From the NCBI GenBank assembly GCA_965227295.1, contig OZ245742.1, forward strand, positions 3,136,001 to 3,200,000: a stretch of 64,000 nucleotides of DNA, read 5' to 3'. Below, in pieces: positions 57,331-64,000 of the stretch. The notes beneath the pieces were generated by a model, which was given only the letters and a program-made list of their open reading frames with translations, had not been told where the DNA came from and searched no databases. This DNA comes from Leptonemataceae bacterium. Lineage in GTDB: Bacteria; Spirochaetota; Leptospiria; Leptospirales; Leptonemataceae. A program made the position numbers and the translations under genes. Numbering within the stretch: position 1 is the stretch's first letter; the number at the start of each line of letters is the position of its first letter.

Positions 57331-57972
57331 ATGGACTCTCCCGTGAACCGCCCCGCCGGCCGTCTCATCTTACTGTTCGCCTGCATCCTGCTCACCGCGA
57401 CAACGACCTGCCGGCCCGGGCTGCAGAGCAACTTCGGAGTGGACCAGTGGGCCGGCTGGACCCTGGACGGAGAAAGCGTGCAGCTCGATCTGCTCGGTGG
57501 CCGGGGCCTGGTGCTGAACGTGTACAGCCCCACCTGCGGACCGTGCATCGAAGAGCTGCCGGCGCTGCATGTCCTCTATGAACGTGCGCGAGCCCTCGAA
57601 GTGCCGATGTTCATCGTGGCCACGAGCGAACCGTCGGACCACGGCATCGATCTGCCGGCGGGGTCCACACCGGAGCAGCGCCGAACCGTGGTGATGCAAC
57701 GCCTGCGCGAGGACGTCGCAAAGTACGGCATCGAAGTCCCCGTGCTCGTGATGGATGATCGCTTTCAGGTTTCGCCCGCGGACGGCCTGATCACCGGAAC
57801 GCCGGAGACGCTGTTCTTTCGCCGCGAACCCGTGTCGCTGGAGTATAACTTCATCGGCCCGCTCTCCGTAAGCGAGGCGCCGGCGGAAATCGTCGAAGAA
57901 AGTCGCTTTCAATTCGCCCTGCGCGTTCTGGATCGCGTGCGCAGTGAAAACGTATACGAACGAAACTACTGA
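57331..57972 (+). CDS. TlpA-like thioredoxin-fold disulfide reductase
   Basis: Signal/lipoprotein-like N-terminus, LNVYSPTCGPCIEELPAL, GTPETLF. Confidence 0.85.
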   Translation: MDSPVNRPAGRLILLFACILLTATTTCRPGLQSNFGVDQWAGWTLDGESVQLDLLGGRGLVLNVYSPTCGPCIEELPALHVLYERARALEVPMFIVATSEPSDHGIDLPAGSTPEQRRTVVMQRLREDVAKYGIEVPVLVMDDRFQVSPADGLITGTPETLFFRREPVSLEYNFIGPLSVSEAPAEIVEESRFQFALRVLDRVRSENVYERNY

Positions 57973-58029
57973 AGCCGGGGGGGCGCGAGTCTTTGTATGT
58001 GCGTTTCTTCGCCCGGATTTATGATGGGC

Positions 58030-60420
58030 TTAACTTTCTTTTTCCATCAACTTCCGTAACAATCCGTTCAGGTCCTTAATCCGAAACGGCTTCGCCACGC
58101 CGCCGTGAAAGCCGTAACTTTCGAAGTCGGCCAGTACCGGATCGTTCGAGTAACCGCTGCTCACCACAAACTTCGTATGCGCCGGCGCGGAGGCGCGCAT
58201 CTTCTGCGCCGCCTCGAGGCCGCCCATGCCGCCGGGTACCGTGAGGTCGACGATGACCACGTCGAAGGGGCGGCTGTGCAAAATGGCTTCCTCAAACATG
58301 GCCACCGCCTTGCTGCCCTCGTCGGCCTCGGCGACTTCGTACCCCAGACGATCCAACAACAGGCTTAACGTCTCGCGAATGTCTTCTTCATCGTCCATCA
58401 ACAGGATGCGGCCGGTGTCGTTTGCTCCGCCCGGTTCGGCGACGGGCTCCGGCGTGCCGGCGACCGCGGCACCGGGGCGGGCCGGCAGAAAAATCGAAAA
58501 CGTCGTGCCCTGATTCAACACGGACGAAACGCCGATGATGCCCTCGTGTTTCTTGATGATGCTGTATGTACTCGATAGACCCAGGCCGGTACCGGTTTCT
58601 TTCGTGGTGAAGTAGGGATCGAAGATGCGTTCTAAGTTTTCGGGCGCGATGCCTTTGCCCTCGTCCCGGACGACGACTTCGACGTAGTGTTTTTGATGCA
58701 GCGCCGCCGGCCATTCCTCGAACGGAAAGTCTTCACCGATCTCGCCGTGAAAACGATTGCGACATCGAACGGCCACGCGCCCGCCGTCGGGCATGGCATG
58801 CACGGCGTTGATGACGAGGTTGTTGATGACACTGGAGAGCTGGTTTTCGTCGACGTCGGCCGGCCAGAGGTTGTCGGCGATGTCGTAGAGGATGCTGACG
58901 CGACTGCCGCGCAGTACGAAGTCCGCCGTCTCGCGAATGAGTTCGGCGATGGACGTGGTCTTTTTGATGGGCGCGCCGCCGCGGGCGAACGTGAGCAGTT
59001 GCTGCGTAAGACCGCGTACCCGGTCGCAGGCGTTCTCGGCTTCCTGCAGGCGATGGCTCAGTACTTCGGGATCGTTCGTATGCAGTCTCGCCAGGGAGAT
59101 GTTGTTCTGGATCGCCGTCATGATGTTGTTGAAGTCGTGGGCGATGCCGCCGGCCAGCAGGCCCAGGGAATCCAGGGCCTGCATCTTGCGCAGCTCGCGT
59201 TCGGCGCGGACCTTCTCGGTTTCGTCCCGGAGTACGGCGACGGCGCCGAGGATCTTTTCTTCCTCGCCGTAGATCAGATTCGCGCTGAGGCTTACGAACG
59301 GTTTGCGGCCGTCCTCGGTGAGCATGCGCATGTCGCCGAAATACTCGATGACCTCGCCGGTCCGCAAAGCACTGCGCACAGGACACAAGAGTTCTTTGCC
59401 CGAGCGTTCGTCGATCAACGTATAGATCTCGTCGACGATGCGACCGGCGGCTTCCGGTAACGAGGCAAAACCGCAGAGATCCCGCGCGGCCTGGTTCATG
59501 AACAGAATGCGTCCCAGGCGATCGGTGGTGATGACGCCGTCGCCGATGGCGCGCAACGTAACCGCCTGCCATTCTTTTTCCTGCAAGAGATCGACCTCGG
59601 CATCTTTGCGCCGGGTGATGTCCTGGGCCGTGCCGAGGATTTGCAGCGGAACGCCTTCACTGTCGCGGGAGAAAACAATTTCCCGAACGGACAGCCATAC
59701 CCAATCGCCGTCGCGGCGGCGCACGTGTACCTCGGATTCAAGGATGTCGGACTTCGCATCGGTGTAACGATTGTCGCTGCCCTGGAGTTGATCGTAGGCC
59801 TGCGGCGTAAGTACCTCTGCCAGAAAGTTACGGCCGAGGCGCAGGATCTCTTCCGGTTTGTAGCCGAGGATTTCCTCGGACTGGGCGTTGATGTATGTAA
59901 TGCGTTGGTCCTGGTAATCGTAGGTATACAACACGGCCGGCATGGCCTCGGTGATGCCCTGGATGAAGCGCCGGCTTTCGTCGAGGGAACGCTCCGTTTG
60001 TTTGCGCCCGGTGATGTCGCCGATGGAACCGGTAACGATGCGCGGCCGGCCGTCGGCGTCCCGGGTGGCCATGCCCATGCAGTGTATCCAGCGGACTTCG
60101 TTCTCGTCCTCTTTGCGGCCGATGCGATGGATGTTATCGAAGACCGGCGTCGTGTTGTCGAGGTGGGCCTGGATGTCCAGGCGAAAGTCCTCACGATCCT
60201 CGGGATGGACCATGGCGAGATACTCTTCGAGTTTCATGAGCCGTGGTTCGCCGACCTCGTAGTCGAAGCCCAGAAGCGAGAGCGTACGCGGCGCGAAGAC
60301 GAGCTGGTCCTCATCGACGTTCCAATTCCAGAAGCCTTCGAGGTTGATGTAACCCTGCAGCGGATATTCAAAGCCCCCGGAATCCCGGGGCGGGTTGTGC
60401 GTACGGTGTTGCGGTTCCAT
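58030..60420 (-). CDS. Hybrid sensor histidine kinase, PAS x3 - HisKA - HATPase - REC
   Basis: VHPEDR and DIT.RK PAS motifs, AGGIAHDFNN, NLVINA, FDPYFTTK, GTGLGL, LLMDDE, VDLTVPG, KPF. Confidence 0.95.
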   Translation of the reverse strand: MEPQHRTHNPPRDSGGFEYPLQGYINLEGFWNWNVDEDQLVFAPRTLSLLGFDYEVGEPRLMKLEEYLAMVHPEDREDFRLDIQAHLDNTTPVFDNIHRIGRKEDENEVRWIHCMGMATRDADGRPRIVTGSIGDITGRKQTERSLDESRRFIQGITEAMPAVLYTYDYQDQRITYINAQSEEILGYKPEEILRLGRNFLAEVLTPQAYDQLQGSDNRYTDAKSDILESEVHVRRRDGDWVWLSVREIVFSRDSEGVPLQILGTAQDITRRKDAEVDLLQEKEWQAVTLRAIGDGVITTDRLGRILFMNQAARDLCGFASLPEAAGRIVDEIYTLIDERSGKELLCPVRSALRTGEVIEYFGDMRMLTEDGRKPFVSLSANLIYGEEEKILGAVAVLRDETEKVRAERELRKMQALDSLGLLAGGIAHDFNNIMTAIQNNISLARLHTNDPEVLSHRLQEAENACDRVRGLTQQLLTFARGGAPIKKTTSIAELIRETADFVLRGSRVSILYDIADNLWPADVDENQLSSVINNLVINAVHAMPDGGRVAVRCRNRFHGEIGEDFPFEEWPAALHQKHYVEVVVRDEGKGIAPENLERIFDPYFTTKETGTGLGLSSTYSIIKKHEGIIGVSSVLNQGTTFSIFLPARPGAAVAGTPEPVAEPGGANDTGRILLMDDEEDIRETLSLLLDRLGYEVAEADEGSKAVAMFEEAILHSRPFDVVIVDLTVPGGMGGLEAAQKMRASAPAHTKFVVSSGYSNDPVLADFESYGFHGGVAKPFRIKDLNGLLRKLMEKES

Positions 60421-60479
60421 AGGCCGGTGGAAGGACACCGTGAAGTATGAAATCGCTTAAGGTTCGCCGCAATCTTTTT

Positions 60480-62210
60480 TCAGGAATTCTTAACGCCGGC
60501 CAAAGACTTTCGATAGAAGTCGCGCACGTCCTCGATTTCCATCCGGGTACGCTGTTCGTTCCAGTCGAGCAACACCGCGGCGCGCCCGGCGATCTTTGCG
60601 AGCGCCGTCTCGCCGGGATCGCCGTAGGTTCCGATGACCAATCGTCGCCGCACCAGGTCTTCCAGGGTCAGTGCGCCCTCGTGCTGAACGGCGTAGTCGA
60701 CCTGGGCCAGGATGTCCAGGCAGGGGTCGGCGGGGGAGTCGCTGCCCTCCGGCAGGATGCGTTCGGCGAGCGTTGCATCTTGCTGCACGAGGGCGAGGAC
60801 CTCGCGATGGCGAACGCCGTAACACGTGATGAGATGATCGTGCACTGCTTGTGAGATGCCGGGCGCGGCGTACTCCCGCAGCGCGAAGGCCCGGTACTCC
60901 TCGGCCGACTCGGCGAAACCCGGCGCATCGACGAAGGCTTCGCGATGGCTACGACTGCGATTGCGCCGGGCCGGTGACCCGCGCAGTTCCGTTTTGCGCA
61001 GCGCGTGGTCTACGACCTGGGCGCCCAGAGCACGGGACGTGGTCCATTTACCGCCGGCGACGCTCAGCAAGCCGGCAAGTTTCGGCGCGTGATCGTAGAC
61101 CTCGGAGCGTCGGGACAAGCCGCGCGTGCCTTTTTCCGGATCGGCGCCGTCGGCGGCGAGGGGGCGTACGCCGGTGATGGCATGACGCAGGCGCAACCGT
61201 TCAAAGGTGTGTGCCGGCAGATTCTCACGCAGATCGGAACGCAGGCCGTCGATCTCTTCTTCGCGGGGCAGGGCGTCGTCGGGACTGCCCTGGTACGAAA
61301 GATCCGTCGGCCCGATGAGCGATCGCCCGCGCCAGGGGAGGATCAAAAAATCATTGCGGCTGCCGTTAATAAATACGGCGTGATCCCGGGGATGTTTGTC
61401 CGCAAAGAGCGGTTCGGTGATCAAATGAATGCCGGTGCTGCGCACGACGTGTTTCTCACCCTGCGGTTCGGCCAGGGCCAGCAATCGGTCCATCCAGGGT
61501 CCCGAGGCGTTTACGAAGAGTTTCGCGCGCAGCTCGTGGTTTGTGCCGTCGATGGTATCCCGGACCTGCGCGGCCCGAATGCGGCGGCCGCCCTTCGGCG
61601 CGTCGGCGATGTCGAAGTCCGTTAATTCACAGTGATTCAACATTAGCGCGCCGTCCCGGGCCCCGGTGAGGGCCCAGGCGATGCTCAGCCGTTCCGGGTG
61701 AATGCTCTGGTAATCGTAGTAGACAAAGCCGCCGATCAGGTCCTTGCTTTCGATGTCGGGTTCCTCGGCCAGGAGCTCTTCGCGGCTGATCTTTTTGTAC
61801 GGCGGGAGGCGCTTGTCCTCGGCCACGCCGCGGTTGCGGTCGTAGCCGAGCCAGTCGTAGATGGTGAGCGCGGCGTGCATCTCCCAGTTCTTCGGCTTGC
61901 GCTTCGCGTAAATCGGGACCAGGAATCGCAGCGGTCGCACTAAGTTCGGCGCGGCGCAACCTGAGATGCGCCGTTCGCGCAGGCTTTCCCGGACGATGCC
62001 GAACTCGTAGTTCTTAAGATAGCGCAGGCCGCCGTGGAGCAGCTTCGAAGTGGCCGCCGAGGTGGCCCAGCCCCAGTCGTTTTTTTCGACGCAGACCACG
62101 GACAACCCCCGGTGCGCGGCCTCGCGCGCCACGGCGATTCCGGTAATGCCCCCGCCGATGACGGCCAGGTCGAATTCCCGGGAGAGCTGTGTGAAATCGC
62201 GGGTGAGCAT
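60480..62210 (-). CDS. glpD: FAD-dependent glycerol-3-phosphate dehydrogenase
   Basis: IGGGITG, SKLLHGGLRYL, NASGPW, GVRPL, GGKWTT. Confidence 0.93.
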   Translation of the reverse strand: MLTRDFTQLSREFDLAVIGGGITGIAVAREAAHRGLSVVCVEKNDWGWATSAATSKLLHGGLRYLKNYEFGIVRESLRERRISGCAAPNLVRPLRFLVPIYAKRKPKNWEMHAALTIYDWLGYDRNRGVAEDKRLPPYKKISREELLAEEPDIESKDLIGGFVYYDYQSIHPERLSIAWALTGARDGALMLNHCELTDFDIADAPKGGRRIRAAQVRDTIDGTNHELRAKLFVNASGPWMDRLLALAEPQGEKHVVRSTGIHLITEPLFADKHPRDHAVFINGSRNDFLILPWRGRSLIGPTDLSYQGSPDDALPREEEIDGLRSDLRENLPAHTFERLRLRHAITGVRPLAADGADPEKGTRGLSRRSEVYDHAPKLAGLLSVAGGKWTTSRALGAQVVDHALRKTELRGSPARRNRSRSHREAFVDAPGFAESAEEYRAFALREYAAPGISQAVHDHLITCYGVRHREVLALVQQDATLAERILPEGSDSPADPCLDILAQVDYAVQHEGALTLEDLVRRRLVIGTYGDPGETALAKIAGRAAVLLDWNEQRTRMEIEDVRDFYRKSLAGVKNS

Positions 62211-62220
62211 GGGGTGATGA

Positions 62221-62359
62221 AACTCCGAGGACCGAGGTGTCGAGGGAAGAAGAGTGAAATAGAAGGGTGTGCAGGCTATGTGAGCTTTCTTTGCCTGCTC
62301 GTATTCTGGTTACGAAAACCCTCCCTGGTCCTTGACTCGGTACCTCGGTCCTCGGAGTT
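62221..62359. repeat. REPIN/MITE-like element, copy C (same arms, different interior)
   Basis: AACTCCGAGGACCGAGGTGTCGAG ... CTCGGTACCTCGGTCCTCGGAGTT. Confidence 0.85.
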
Positions 62360-62370
62360 GGCTATGAATC

Positions 62371-63537
62371 TCAGCCCCGTTTTTTCAACAGGACCTTGCG
62401 TTCGATCTCGAAGATCTTCGTCGTGATCTTTTCTTTGCCGAGGTTTTTCTTGTCGTTTTCTTTAATGAAGAGATCCTCACCGAATTGATCCAGGGCCTCG
62501 GAGGTCTTCATGCCGGCCACGCCGATGAACTGAAACTGCACCGTGCCGGTGTTCGGGAGCGGGCCGTCTTCGACGGCGAGGACGCGGGAGATGGCACCCA
62601 CCGTGGTGTTGCTGGTGGCCGGTTGCGTGTGATAACCCTCGGTGTAACCCAGGTCCCAGACCATGTTCTCGGTGGTGTCGCGGGAGGCGAGGCCGATGAG
62701 CCAGGCGAATACCAGGCCGCCGTAGACGATAGGTTCCCCGCTCATCTTGCCGGAGAGACCCGTGGAATAGATGCGATCGTAGTGTAGCGGATGCGTGTTG
62801 CCCATGCGATAGGTCCAGGGCACGTGTTCGTCGGTGATCGTACGCATGTTCTTGTGCACGATGATCTGGCCGGGCTGGAAGTCCTCGAAGTAGGTGTCCG
62901 ATCCGGTCTGGCTCTTAATATCATCTCCGGGTACTTTAAGATCCGGCAGGTCGATCTCCGGATTTTCCACGGCAGGAAAGGCCGCGTTGGGATCGCCGGG
63001 ATTACCGGCGCCGTCTCCGCCGCGGGGGGGGACCATGATCTTGCGTTCGTATTGAATGACGACTTCGCCGCGCTGGTTCATGCCGATGGTGCGCACGTGG
63101 ACGATGCCGGGTTTGCCTTCGCCGCGTTCGCGGCGGTTCAGCACTTTCGAGCGCGCGGTGATGGTGTCGCCGGGATAGACCGGCTTGAGAAAGGCCACGT
63201 CGTAGTAGCCGAGATTCGCGATGGCTTTCTCGCTGTTGTTCTGCACGCCGAGTGAGAGCACGATGTTAAAGACCATCATGGGATGCACGAGCATGTCGGC
63301 GAAGCCGTGGGCCTCTGCGTACGGCACGCTCAGGAAGAGCGGATTCGCGTCGTGGAAGGTCGTTGCGTATTCCTGTGCGAACGAGCGATCGATGGTCCAC
63401 GCGCGCGGATGGATGAAGACGTCGCCTTCGCGAAAGTCCTCGAGGAAGCGCCCGTACTCGGGTTTTTTGATGTGATCTCCGCTGTAGGGAGTGCTCGGTG
63501 CGAGTTCTTGAAAGGATTTGACGGGAATCTTTGCCAT
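62371..63537 (-). CDS. Double MaoC-domain (hot-dog fold) dehydratase
   Basis: YGRFLEDF and YFEDFQPG repeats, [20 protein letters not shown]. Confidence 0.85.
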   Translation of the reverse strand: MAKIPVKSFQELAPSTPYSGDHIKKPEYGRFLEDFREGDVFIHPRAWTIDRSFAQEYATTFHDANPLFLSVPYAEAHGFADMLVHPMMVFNIVLSLGVQNNSEKAIANLGYYDVAFLKPVYPGDTITARSKVLNRRERGEGKPGIVHVRTIGMNQRGEVVIQYERKIMVPPRGGDGAGNPGDPNAAFPAVENPEIDLPDLKVPGDDIKSQTGSDTYFEDFQPGQIIVHKNMRTITDEHVPWTYRMGNTHPLHYDRIYSTGLSGKMSGEPIVYGGLVFAWLIGLASRDTTENMVWDLGYTEGYHTQPATSNTTVGAISRVLAVEDGPLPNTGTVQFQFIGVAGMKTSEALDQFGEDLFIKENDKKNLGKEKITTKIFEIERKVLLKKRG

Positions 63538-63615
63538 GGGGCCAGATTCAGATTCGAGGTCATTGCGTAAACCATTTACCGGACGTCACCGGAGGTTCAC
63601 GCATCTTTCAACAAA

Positions 63616-64000
63616 ATGTCATTGTTTCCCCGAACAGGCGCGCCCATCTTATGGGTCCGCATCGCCGTAACCCTCGCCGTGCTCGTTGCCGCCGGCGGTG
63701 CCGCGTACTCGATCTACCGCAAACCCCTGGCCGAGATTCGCCGCGGCCTGCCGCCGCACGTGGTCACGCCGTTTCTTACGGCCGTCGGCGTCGCCTTCGC
63801 GGTGTTCGTAATCGTCTTTTTGTTTTATCTGCTGCGTAAGCGCCGGCGTCTGGGACGGATTCTATTGACCTGCCGCAGCGTCGGCCGTCGGCGTATGCGC
63901 CTGGTAACGTTGGGCTTCGGTCTCTTGTGCGCGCTGCAGTTGTTCCTCGCGTTCTTCTGGAGCATCAATGCCGCGCCGGCATTGCTCAGCGGCGGACTCT
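63616..64000 (+). CDS. Hypothetical membrane protein (5' part, runs off window)
   Basis: Not in ORF track. ATG 63616 opens MSLFPRTGAPILWVRIAVTLAVLVAAGG... with three hydrophobic segments and no stop before the window end. Confidence 0.6.
   Translation, partial: MSLFPRTGAPILWVRIAVTLAVLVAAGGAAYSIYRKPLAEIRRGLPPHVVTPFLTAVGVAFAVFVIVFLFYLLRKRRRLGRILLTCRSVGRRRMRLVTLGFGLLCALQLFLAFFWSINAAPALLSGGL

Noticed and set aside
1..64000. Numerous long Arg/Pro/Ala-rich overlapping and antisense ORFs in the track
   Set aside because: Shadow ORFs expected in high-GC DNA, each overlapping a motif-supported gene.

Overview
GC-rich bacterial chromosomal segment, most likely from a Leptospirales/Leptospiraceae-type spirochaete (inferred from a spirochaete-style lipobox and the gene families present, not proven). 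It carries about 50 densely packed CDS. I saw no rRNA, tRNA, CRISPR array, transposase or integrase. The main blocks are: (1) a surface-glycan cluster at 1-10829 (DegT aminotransferase, epimerase, several GT-C-like polytopic proteins, acyltransferase-3); (2) a complete photoactive yellow protein locus at 10826-16065 (tyrosine ammonia-lyase divergent from pyp, p-coumaroyl-CoA ligase, an uncharacterised protein with 33-aa repeats, and a lipoprotein hydrolase); (3) transporters (MgtE, SSS, a Zrg-like zinc cluster, MATE, NupC); (4) housekeeping and signalling genes (msrB, ECF sigma/anti-sigma, lspA, pyk, glpD, DAHP synthase, two class III cyclases, a cNMP-HATPase, STAS, a PAS hybrid kinase). The most unusual signals are a head-to-tail duplicated ~329-bp non-coding unit at 7087-7764 that folds as a minus-strand structured RNA, the candidate PYP partner gene, a family of REPIN-like long intergenic hairpins, an omega-like protein with a poly-Asp tail, and a low-GC islet with a broken Pycsar-effector-like ORF next to a deaminase. 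All family calls come from motif recognition by eye; no searches were run.
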